A stretch of 64,000 bases of DNA from assembly GCA_049512815.1 (NCBI GenBank), contig JBEKWS010000016.1:52249-116248 (forward strand), written 5' to 3'. The translations under genes and the position numbers were made by a program. The notes beneath the pieces were generated by a model. That model did not search any database, had not been told where the DNA came from, and saw only the letters and a program-made list of their open reading frames with translations. This stretch comes from Bacteroidales bacterium (GTDB lineage: Bacteria > Bacteroidota > Bacteroidia > Bacteroidales > VadinHA17). Below, piece by piece: positions 28,682-37,922 of the stretch; the stretch's first letter is position 1; every line of letters starts with the position of its first letter.

Positions 28682-30298
28682 TTAAACCTGAGGACTGCTT
28701 TTAACCCTACGCTATTATATTTAATATCATTAAATCCGACATAAACTCCTAGCTCTCCAAGGAACAGAATTTCGCTTATACTGTAACCAATTTCAGTATA
28801 GTTCGGCTGAAAACGGGAACCAAGATATGAAAGACTCAGATTTTCGCTAATAAGGGTATTACTTAATACCGGAAGCAGCTTCAGAAGCAGATAAGGTGTT
28901 GTGTATTTAAGATGAGCTTCAACATAAAACTCGGGTGTACTCAGAGAGTAGAAAGATGGAATCATGAAGGCATCTTCATAATTATTGATGAGCAGGGGAA
29001 ACGGTTGGGAGTTGATGTGAAAAAAGTCATAGAAAGTTATATCCCTGTTATCAAGAAATCCTGCAGCTCTCAGTCTCCATCTGAAATTACTGAATGCTCC
29101 GATACTGATGTTCCTCGATGCTTCAAACCTGAACATATCGAATCGTCTTAAGCCAGGTGTAAATTCATTGAATTCATTTATCCCGTGTTGCCAGGTCAGA
29201 TCGAAAGTGGGCCAGTCTGAACTGACCGGGATCTTAACTCCTTTATTTATTCTGTACCTCTGAAATGGAGTGTATGAAATTTTTGTGAGAAAGTCCAGGT
29301 GTCTCTGGTCACGTAATGCGTTGATATCATTCGATCCGGGCAACAGGTACCTGTTAACCGGAACATTATCAGAATATAGATTCGAAGACTTTAAGAATGA
29401 GAAGTTTGTTGTGTTTTGAAGTACCCTACGATCCTCATAATTGGTGTTAATTCCCCACATTAACTGTTTTCTGCTGAAGGCCCAGCTGATATCAGGGATA
29501 ATATTACAGGTTCTCATTTGTGAGATCAACACTCTGTAGGCACCAGAGATCTTCAATAATGTAGATCGTGCCCTCGAAAAGTTGCTGACTTTTACGTTTT
29601 GGAATAAGCTGAATTTTATTTATTGTAAAATTACCCTGCAGTGTTGCACCAAGGAATTTATAATTGTAATGAGAAAATGCATTCGGAGCAAGAGGTGATA
29701 TAGCCATATCTGCAAGTATAGGCTGGTAAAAACTTGCCTGAATATAACTCATCGGTGATATCTCATTTCCATGGGCAGGGAAGGTGCTGTTATAAGATAT
29801 CATTCTCTGAAAATATTTATCTGGCGCAGTATATTCGATTTCATTAATTGATTCCATCAGAAAAGAGTCGCCTGCTTTTAATAACTTTTCCTCACTCTTA
29901 GCTTTTGACCCGGCAGTAACTGAAGTTTCGTTATCGGAAGACTCAAATTTCATCGATTTCTGAAATAGTTTCGGGATCTTATTAATAACCAGATTTCCCT
30001 TTAAATAGACCTCTGCTTTATAATAACTTACATTATTCAGATAATAAGGAGCCAGTCCAATTGTTTTCCGCATTATAATATATGCCGGGTCCTCACCGGA
30101 TCCTGAAATCCTGACCTCCGGGATCTCATAATCTCCTTTTGTATTCGATATAGTTCCCTGCTTAAGTTCCTGAATATAGATAGTTGAATATTGAATAGGA
30201 TCTCCTGACTGGCTTGTTATCTTACCCTTAAGAATCTGAGCATGTAAAACGATGGATGTATATAATAGGATCAGGAATATCATGAGGAGATGTTTCAT
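28678..30298 (-). pseudogene. Split, internally deleted CarboxypepD_reg-like/DUF5686-type outer-membrane protein gene
   Basis: Two out-of-frame ORFs (29504-30298 and 28678-29556) give the N-part (signal, DPAYIIMRK, ISPLAPNAFSHY) and the barrel C-part (YTEIGYS...RFN). Combined length is about 540 aa, well below the length I recall for the family. Confidence 0.7.
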
Positions 30299-30365
30299 AA
30301 TTATTTTAAAGTAGGAGTTTTTAAAGTATTATTAATAGATGTTTCACTATCCCTCCAAATTATTT

Positions 30366-30440
30366 ACCCCCTACCCGGCCTTCCCCCACGGGGGAAGGAG
30401 TACCAAAACCTTTCCCCCTTGGGGGAAAATGAAAGGGGGT
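30366..30440. repeat. REP-like palindromic element (family A), compact form
   Basis: accccct...ccttccccc-ac-gggggaagg...tttccccc-tt-gggggaaa...agggggt. Confidence 0.8.
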
Positions 30441-30498
30441 CTAAATCAAAAATAGAAAGGCATCTATTACTAAATTTCTGAATTATCGATTAAGCTAT

Positions 30499-31173
30499 TT
30501 AATCCTTCTTCCCGGCCACAATGATAACTATCTCTCCTTTTGGCGGTTTGTTTGTATAATGCTCTGAAAGAAAAGATAAAGTACCTCTGATATTTTCTTC
30601 AAACAATTTACTTAACTCCCTCGAAACACATGCAGCACGATCGGGACCAAAATGGATGGCCAATTCATCAAGGGTTTTTACCAGGCGGTAAGGTGATTCA
30701 TAAAAAACCATGGTCCTTGTCTCATCACTTAATACTTTCATTCTTTTATTTCTGCCTTTTTTGGGCGGAAGGAACCCCTCAAAACAGAACCTGTCACATG
30801 GAAGTCCCGAATTTATCAAAGCCGGTATGAGGGCAGTTGGACCAGGGAGAGTTTCGACCGGAATCTCTTTTTCAACACATGTTCTGACCAGTAAAAAACC
30901 CGGATCAGAAATTCCGGGTGTACCAGCATCTGAAATAAGTGCAATAGACTGACCAGCAAGAATCTTTGAGCATATTGATTCTACGCTTTTATGCTCATTG
31001 AACATGTGATGCGACTGAAGTGGTGTATTAATATTATAATGATTAAGCAATTTTTTTGCGTGACGTGTATCTTCAGTAAGGATCAGATTGACACTTCCAA
31101 GAATTTCTACGGCCCTGAAGGTAATATCCTTGAGATTACCGATAGGAGTAGGTACCAGAAAAAGTTTACTCAT
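30499..31173 (-). CDS. rsmI: 16S rRNA C1402 2'-O-methyltransferase
   Basis: PTPIGNLKDIT, EDTR, SDAGTPGISDPG, YESPYR, RELSK. Confidence 0.95.
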   Translation of the reverse strand: MSKLFLVPTPIGNLKDITFRAVEILGSVNLILTEDTRHAKKLLNHYNINTPLQSHHMFNEHKSVESICSKILAGQSIALISDAGTPGISDPGFLLVRTCVEKEIPVETLPGPTALIPALINSGLPCDRFCFEGFLPPKKGRNKRMKVLSDETRTMVFYESPYRLVKTLDELAIHFGPDRAACVSRELSKLFEENIRGTLSFLSEHYTNKPPKGEIVIIVAGKKD

Positions 31174-31312
31174 TTGAAAAAAGTTTGTGATTTACTTTTA
31201 TGAATTCAACCTGCAGAACCGGAACTCCAGGGTATTTCTTCAGATAATCAATATTTTCAAGTGCTTCGTCAAGATCTTTAATAATTAAATCACTGGTTGC
31301 ATTGAAATCCAT
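31166..31312 (-). pseudogene. 48-aa ORF overlapping the rsmI start; probable remnant of a longer hypothetical gene
   Basis: MDFNATSDLIIKDLDEALENIDYLKKYPGVPVLQVEFIKVNHKLFSNE*; the stop overlaps the rsmI start (ATGAGTAA). Confidence 0.5.
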
Positions 31313-31430
31313 ACACTTTGATGTTAATATAACAAACCATTTTCCTTATTTTGCAAAAGTAACGATTATTCCACAAGTCATTAAGGAATAAAACTACAAA
31401 TTACATTTTGAAAAAAGACATTCATTACAG

Positions 31431-32012
31431 ATGGACTTTCTTGAGAATGCAGTAAGTGTAACCGGGAAAAAAGGATCAATTGAGGTAATAACAGGTTCCA
31501 TGTTTTCCGGAAAAACTGAAGAGTTGATCAGACGACTTCGCAGAGCCCAGTTTGCAGGTTTAAAGGTGGAAATCTTCAAACCTTCACTTGATAAGCGATA
31601 CTCCGAGACCAGAGTCGTCTCCCACGACGACAAATCGATCATGTCAACTCCTGTTGATAATGCTTCTGCAATATTGCTGTTGGCAGGCGATGTTGATGTT
31701 GTGGGAATTGATGAAGCACAGTTTTTCGACAACTCTATTATTGAAGTTTGCAATGCCCTGGCTGATAACGGCATCCGGATAGTGGTTGCCGGCCTTGACA
31801 TGGACTTCATGGGAAAGCCTTTTGGTCCGATGCCTGCACTTCTCGCAGTTGCAGAATATGTTACTAAAGTGCATGCAATATGTATGCGATGCGGTAATCT
31901 TGCACAATATTCTTTCAGAAAATCAGAAGAATCATAGGTTGTACTCCTGGGTGAAAAAAATCTATATGAACCACTTTGCCGGAATTGCTATAATGCAGCT
32001 TTAAATAAGTAA
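31431..32012 (+). pseudogene. tdk: Thymidine kinase interrupted by an in-frame TAG at 31935-31937
   Basis: [28 protein letters not shown]. After the TAG the same frame reads VVLLGEKNLYEPLCRNCYNAALNK to TAA at 32010-32012. Confidence 0.88.
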
Positions 32013-32015
32013 CTG

Positions 32016-34478
32016 TTGGAACTAAATTCTTCAGATATTGCCAGAATCGTAAAAGGTAAGCTAACAGGTCACCCGGACCTTGTAGTTACCGAATTAGTGA
32101 CCGATACACGACAACTAAGTTACTCTGATGGCCTTATTTTTTTTGCATTAAAAGGAAAAAACCACGATGGTCATAATTTTATTGATAATCTGTACAAGAA
32201 AGGGATCAGGAGTTTCGTAGTTGAAAGGCTTCCTGAAAAAACTGAAAGATACAGTGACGCGGCTTTTATAGTGACAGGGAATACAGTTGGAGCATTGCAA
32301 TTAATTGCTTCCTATAAAAGAAAAGCCTTTAAATCACCTGTGATAGCTGTAACAGGAAGCGCAGGTAAAACTGTTGTCAAAGAGTGGCTGGCAGATATCC
32401 TTGGTCTTACCATTTCTGTAATCAGAAGTCCGAAAAGTTATAATTCCCAGATAGGAGTTCCTCTTTCTGTCTGGAAGCTTGAAGACAAATACAAGTTGGG
32501 AATATTTGAAGCAGGCATATCTATGCCAGGGGAGATGAGTAAGCTTCAGCAAGTCATTGATCCTGATATTGGTGTAATAACAAATATTGGTGATGCACAC
32601 CGGGAGAATTTTTCTGATAATAAATCAAAAACAGACGAAAAATTAAAACTGTTTATAAATTCCTCACTAATAGTATATTGCAGAGATTATGAGCTCATTC
32701 ACGAGTCTATTTTGAATAATGACATTCTAAAATCAAAGAAACTGGTCGACTGGTCCTGCGAAAATACCGGGGCAAAGATTTTTGTTAAAAAGAGTTCTAT
32801 ACCCGGAGGACACACTGGTATCAGAATAAGTTTTAATGATATTACAAACGATTTTGAAATTCCTTTCAGTGACAGGGCCTCTGTCGAAAATGCCATCACA
32901 GTTGCTGCGGTATGTCTTGCTTTGGGAACAGCTGCAGATATTATTTCAAAAGGGATTGCCGGACTTGTCTCTGTTGCAATGAGGATGGAATTGAAAAGCG
33001 GTATCAATAATTGCCAGCTTATAGAGGATTACTATAACTCAGATCCCGGGTCGCTTGGAATGGCACTGGAATATCTTAAGTCACAAAATGGCAGGGAAAC
33101 TACTTTAATTCTTTCTGATTTTGTTCAGAGCGGCAGAGATGAAAAGGAGCTGTATGGTGAAGTAGCAAGACTGGTAAAGAAAACAGGAATTAAAAAGTTT
33201 GTCGGAATCGGAAATGCACTTGTCAGAAATTGTTCATTATTTGATACTGGAGCACGTTTTTTCTATACTACCGAAGAGTTTGTCAATAGTTTTCGAGGTG
33301 TTGATTTCAGAAATGAGATGATTCTTCTTAAAGGGGCAAGGATTTATGAATTTGAAAAAATTGGCAAACTGCTTGAGCAGCAGATTCATCAAACTGTTCT
33401 GGAAGTTAATTTGGATGCAATATCTCATAATCTTAACGAATTCCGCAATTATCTTAATCCGGGCACAAGGATTATGGCAATGGTCAAAGCGTTTGCTTAT
33501 GGTGCTGGACCGGCAGAAATATCTGCATTACTTGAATATCACAGAGTCAGCTATCTTGCAGTGGCCTATGCAGATGAAGGAGTAGAATTGAGAAATTCAG
33601 GTGTAACGCTACCTGTCATGGTTATGAACCCGGATCCTTCTGCATCGGAATTACTGATAAAATATTCTCTTGAACCTGAAATATATAGTCTTTTATCCTT
33701 TGAACAATTTACTTCAGTTGCTTCGAGACATGGACTTATTAACTATCCTGTTCATATTAAAATTGATACCGGAATGCACAGGCTTGGGTTTATGCCGGAG
33801 GATGTAGACTCTCTGGCTAAGAGAATTAAAGATCAGGAGTGTGTCAGAATTGTATCAGTTTTCTCACATCTGGCAGCAAGTGAGGAGCCCGCCCTGGATC
33901 ATTTCAGTCACCATCAGGTAGAAGTTTTTCTTAAGTCAGTTCATCAGATCCAGGATGTTGTAGGATACACATTTCTTCGTCATATTCTTAATTCCTCAGG
34001 TATAATTCGGTTCCCTCAATATCAGTTTGAAATGGTACGACCAGGGATAGGAATGTACGGAGTTGGACATTTTGGAGGTCTCTCACTTAAAACAGCAGGA
34101 TGTTTCAAAACAAGAATTTCACAGATAAAAAAAATCAGAGCAGGTGAGCCAGTAGGTTACGGTTGTGCTGATGTGTCTGAGGATGAAAGAATTATTGCAA
34201 TATTGCCCATTGGTTATGCAGATGGTTTAAATCGAAAACTCGGAAACAGAAATGGGAACCTGTATATAAAAGGAGCGAGGGTTCCGATTATAGGAAATAT
34301 ATGCATGGATATGTGTATGGCTGATATTACCGGTCTGAATGCCGAAACTGGTGATGAAGCCGAAATCTTCGGTGAGAAAATTTCAATCGATGAAATAGCA
34401 GCAAAATGTCAGACTATTCCCTATGAGATACTTACATCCATTCCAAGACGGGTGAAGAGAGTTTTTTTCAGGGAATAG
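32016..34478 (+). CDS. alr: Bifunctional MurF-like ligase / alanine racemase
   Basis: GSAGKT and SYNSQIGVPLS in the N-half; MVKAFAYG (PLP lysine), DTGMHRLG, GYADG, CMDM in the C-half. Confidence 0.93.
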   Translation: MELNSSDIARIVKGKLTGHPDLVVTELVTDTRQLSYSDGLIFFALKGKNHDGHNFIDNLYKKGIRSFVVERLPEKTERYSDAAFIVTGNTVGALQLIASYKRKAFKSPVIAVTGSAGKTVVKEWLADILGLTISVIRSPKSYNSQIGVPLSVWKLEDKYKLGIFEAGISMPGEMSKLQQVIDPDIGVITNIGDAHRENFSDNKSKTDEKLKLFINSSLIVYCRDYELIHESILNNDILKSKKLVDWSCENTGAKIFVKKSSIPGGHTGIRISFNDITNDFEIPFSDRASVENAITVAAVCLALGTAADIISKGIAGLVSVAMRMELKSGINNCQLIEDYYNSDPGSLGMALEYLKSQNGRETTLILSDFVQSGRDEKELYGEVARLVKKTGIKKFVGIGNALVRNCSLFDTGARFFYTTEEFVNSFRGVDFRNEMILLKGARIYEFEKIGKLLEQQIHQTVLEVNLDAISHNLNEFRNYLNPGTRIMAMVKAFAYGAGPAEISALLEYHRVSYLAVAYADEGVELRNSGVTLPVMVMNPDPSASELLIKYSLEPEIYSLLSFEQFTSVASRHGLINYPVHIKIDTGMHRLGFMPEDVDSLAKRIKDQECVRIVSVFSHLAASEEPALDHFSHHQVEVFLKSVHQIQDVVGYTFLRHILNSSGIIRFPQYQFEMVRPGIGMYGVGHFGGLSLKTAGCFKTRISQIKKIRAGEPVGYGCADVSEDERIIAILPIGYADGLNRKLGNRNGNLYIKGARVPIIGNICMDMCMADITGLNAETGDEAEIFGEKISIDEIAAKCQTIPYEILTSIPRRVKRVFFRE

Positions 34479-34505
34479 TCAAAATTGATCATTACAGATA
34501 TTAAA

Positions 34506-35207
34506 TCAACCCTGTTCGCTGATGCGTTCAAGGTTGGTGCCGTCAAGGATGCTAATCTTTCTTCCGCAGATTTCTATATTTCCTTCAGAAGCCAGGTTTG
34601 AAAGTGTACGGATGGCATTTGATGTGGTCATGTTCGAAAGGCCTGCGATATCTTCTCTTGAGAGAGTTACACGAATTGTTTTGCCATCGGCTTCGTAACC
34701 ATAAGTGTCGCGCAATATCAGAATAGATTCAGCCAGACGTCCTCTGATATGTTTCTGAGAAAGAGAAACAGTTCTGTTGTTTGAAAACACTAGCTCATCA
34801 GCAATTAACTTTATAAATTTTATTGCAAGATCAGGGTTTTTCTTCAGGATCTTAACAAAGCAATTCCTTTCAAAGATGCAGATCGCGGAGTCTTCAATTG
34901 CGATAGCTGATACCGGCCATCGGTTATCAGAAAACAGTGCTTTGTAACCAATAAATGCTTGCTGACGTACCATCTTAACTATCTGTTCTCTTTCGCCAAC
35001 TCCCACTTTGAAAACCTTTACTTTTCCTGAGGCCAGGCAGATCAATCCGCGGGACTTTTCACCTTCTTGAAATAAAAACTGGCCCTTTTTAATAATTGCC
35101 AGGGTATGATGTTGTACAATTGTCTCTTTATCTTTCTGATTTAATCCTTTAAAAATGGAAGAAGATCCTTCAAGACACAACTCTATATACGGATTGAGAT
35201 ATTGCAT
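34506..35207 (-). CDS. Crp/Fnr family transcriptional regulator
   Basis: cNMP-binding domain; C-terminal HTH LSREDIAGLSNMTTSNAIRTLS. Confidence 0.9.
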   Translation of the reverse strand: MQYLNPYIELCLEGSSSIFKGLNQKDKETIVQHHTLAIIKKGQFLFQEGEKSRGLICLASGKVKVFKVGVGEREQIVKMVRQQAFIGYKALFSDNRWPVSAIAIEDSAICIFERNCFVKILKKNPDLAIKFIKLIADELVFSNNRTVSLSQKHIRGRLAESILILRDTYGYEADGKTIRVTLSREDIAGLSNMTTSNAIRTLSNLASEGNIEICGRKISILDGTNLERISEQG

Positions 35208-35240
35208 GAAATGATTATGTTAAATAACTTTACTACTCGA

Positions 35241-36893
35241 TCAGTACCTAGCAACCAGAGGCATTCTTCTTCCTGCACCAAAAGCTTTTGATGAGATTCT
35301 AAGGACAGGAGGTGCCTGGTATCTTTTGTACTCATTGGAATTGATCATCCTGATAACTTTTAAAACGGTATCCTTATCAGCTCCTTCCTTAATAATCCGG
35401 CTTGCTGGCTTTTGTAATTCAATATACTGATATAAAACTGCATCAAGTATATTGTAATCGGGAAGCGAATCTGTATCAAATTGGTCAGGTCTTAACTCAG
35501 CAGAAGGCAATTTCCTGATTATATTCTCAGGAATAATTTCGCTATTCCTGTTGATGAAACCTGCAAGCCTGTAAACATCAGTTTTGTATACGTCCCCAAT
35601 AACAGACAAACCACCGGCCATGTCTCCGTAGAGTGTTCCGTATCCGACAGCGGCTTCGCTTTTGTTCGATGTATTCAATAATATACAGCCGTATTTGTTT
35701 GAAACAGCCATTAGCAAAGTGGCTCTGATGCGGGCCTGAATATTTTCTTCAGTAACGTCTGGTTTCATCCCTTTGAAAACAGGTGCAAGATCTTCTTCGA
35801 AAGCACTAAATGGTTTTTCAATATTTATGATATCATAATTCACTTTCAGCGTATCGGCAAGAGTTACGGCATCTTTCACCGAATGATCAGATGAATAGCG
35901 GGATGGCATCAGCAATGCCCTCACATTTTTATTCCCAAGAGCCTCAACTGCAAGGCAAAGACAGACGGCAGAATCTACTCCTCCTGAAAGTCCGACTATA
36001 CCGCTTTTTAAACCGGTTTTTATAAAATAATCACGTATACCGGCCACCAGAGCTTTGTGTATAAGTGAAATAGTGACAGTTCTCGCATCTTTCCGGAAAA
36101 TTGTTCCGGATTTAATATCATCAAAAGAGTAGGTCTCAATAGCCTCTTCAAAAAAAGGTAGTTGATTAAAGATCTCCCCCTCTTTGTTGATTAAAATTGA
36201 GGCACCATCAAATATAAGTTCTGTATTTGCACCTGTCTGGTTAACAGATATTACAGGTATTTTGTATTTAGCAGCTTTTGATCTGAAAATGTTTTCTTTT
36301 GCTTCTATTTTGGAATATGAGAATGGTGAGGCTGCGATATTGATTATTATATCCGGATTTTGCTTTGCCAGCTCTTCCATTGGAGAGATTGTGTAGAGTC
36401 TTGTTTTTTCGAATTCGTTGTCGAATGGCTGTTCATCCCAGAGATCTTCACAAATAGTGATGGCAATCCTTAATCCTTTGAATGAAAACACAGAGAAACT
36501 TTTCTCAGGTTCAAAGTACCTGTATTCATCGAAAATGTCATAGGTAGGCAGCAGTGCTTTATTTGCAGAGAAGATAACTTTTCCATCAGACAGTACCAGT
36601 GCTGAATTAAAAAGTTTCTTGCCTTCAGGTTTTTTGTTCAGGACAGGGGAGCCTGCAATTGCCGCAATTCCTGTACATTCTTTAGCTATCTCATATACTG
36701 TCTGTTCGCATTTTTCGATAAAATCAAGACGATCGAGCAGATCAAGCGGAGGGTATCCCGGTATGCAGAGTTCAGAAAAAACAATGAGATCTGATCGCAT
36801 TGCTTTTGCTTTTCTGATTGCATTGCAGATTAAATCCTTATTTCTTGCAAAATTGCCTATATGATAATTCAGTTGTGCAACTGTGATTTTCAT
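35241..36893 (-). CDS. nadE: Glutamine-dependent NAD+ synthetase
   Basis: MKITVAQLN nitrilase domain (ICEDLW), LSGGVDS, ENIQARIR, NKSE, PSAEL. Confidence 0.95.
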   Translation of the reverse strand: MKITVAQLNYHIGNFARNKDLICNAIRKAKAMRSDLIVFSELCIPGYPPLDLLDRLDFIEKCEQTVYEIAKECTGIAAIAGSPVLNKKPEGKKLFNSALVLSDGKVIFSANKALLPTYDIFDEYRYFEPEKSFSVFSFKGLRIAITICEDLWDEQPFDNEFEKTRLYTISPMEELAKQNPDIIINIAASPFSYSKIEAKENIFRSKAAKYKIPVISVNQTGANTELIFDGASILINKEGEIFNQLPFFEEAIETYSFDDIKSGTIFRKDARTVTISLIHKALVAGIRDYFIKTGLKSGIVGLSGGVDSAVCLCLAVEALGNKNVRALLMPSRYSSDHSVKDAVTLADTLKVNYDIINIEKPFSAFEEDLAPVFKGMKPDVTEENIQARIRATLLMAVSNKYGCILLNTSNKSEAAVGYGTLYGDMAGGLSVIGDVYKTDVYRLAGFINRNSEIIPENIIRKLPSAELRPDQFDTDSLPDYNILDAVLYQYIELQKPASRIIKEGADKDTVLKVIRMINSNEYKRYQAPPVLRISSKAFGAGRRMPLVARY

Positions 36894-36903
36894 CAGAATT
36901 TTG

Positions 36904-37605
36904 TTAAAAGTTAACACCTAATCTGAAGCTCAGTATCTTATGCGACACTTTGTCAACAGGCTGATTCCCATTGTCCTTGGTTATATCAAGGAAATTATTA
37001 TCAAAATTCAAGCCAAATACCAAAGCTGTTGTTCCACCAAGTGAATATTCAATACCAGCAGTAAAATGGTAAGAAAGGTTAAACATTCTTAATTCATTCA
37101 TAGCTTTTTCATTGGTAATGTTAAGAGAAGGAATATCTGCTTTTCCTCCTATAACAATTTTGGGATCCAGTCCTAAATCGGAAAAGAAAGTAAGGTATCC
37201 GATCTGGTTTGTCTGAAGCTTCAACCCGATAGGAAATACGAGGTATCGAATTTTATATACAACCGGGTTCCCAGGTAAAACTGTTGATTTGAAATTTGTA
37301 AACTCCATCACAGTTGTATCCTTATTAACCAGTCTTCCTCCTGCATTCAGGAGACTTATACCTGTCGAAAAGGAATAGTTGGATGTGAAATACTTATTAT
37401 ATGTTAAACCAAAACAAAAGCCTGGACGTGCACCAACATTATGGACCTCTTTAATATCAGTTGAGAACCAACTGATAACCGGATCAGCATGTATTCCGAA
37501 AACTATTTTCTGCTGTGCCTGAAGAATGTTTAGAGGAACAATAGCTAAAAACAGGAAAATCAGAATTTTGACTAAACAGTTTTTATTGGATTTTAATACT
37601 TTCAT
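36904..37605 (-). CDS. Outer-membrane beta-barrel (porin family) protein
   Basis: Signal peptide, alternating strands, C-terminal LGVNF. Confidence 0.75.
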   Translation of the reverse strand: MKVLKSNKNCLVKILIFLFLAIVPLNILQAQQKIVFGIHADPVISWFSTDIKEVHNVGARPGFCFGLTYNKYFTSNYSFSTGISLLNAGGRLVNKDTTVMEFTNFKSTVLPGNPVVYKIRYLVFPIGLKLQTNQIGYLTFFSDLGLDPKIVIGGKADIPSLNITNEKAMNELRMFNLSYHFTAGIEYSLGGTTALVFGLNFDNNFLDITKDNGNQPVDKVSHKILSFRLGVNF

Positions 37606-37651
37606 AATAAATTTTATGAGTATCGGTAATTATTAACAATACAACCCATAA

Positions 37652-37810
37652 CGCTTGGAAATCAATTTTTTTACCCCATCCCCAGGGGGAGTAAATTGAT
37701 TTTGACTGCGTCGAGCTCCCCCGCACGCGGGGTCGGTTCTTCTCTTCCCTTGGGGTCGGAGTAATCGAAGAACCGAAGCGAAGCGGAGCTCGGCGAAGCC
37801 AAAATCAATC
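37652..37810. repeat. Nested palindromic intergenic element (family B with family C inside)
   Basis: gattttg/caaaatc, cgagctc/gagctcg and tcggttcttc/gaagaaccga nested stems. Left part matches 4890-4940 (reverse); right part matches 54181-54212 (reverse). Confidence 0.75.
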
Positions 37811-37922
37811 TTTAATCTTCTTTGTAAAAATAGCAAATAATAAGAAAAGTTATTATGTCGTTTATATTAGCAGCCTTATTATGGAAAAAGTACGTATTTT
37901 AGACTGCCTAAAAAAAAGCTTT

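Noticed and set aside
32016-34478. MurF-Alr fusion as a novelty
   Set aside because: Well-known feature of Bacteroidota genomes.
35197-35225. dif-like site (perfect XerD arm TTATGTTAAAT)
   Set aside because: The XerC arm is poor, spacing is off by one, and it overlaps the Crp/Fnr start codon; probably chance in AT-rich DNA.
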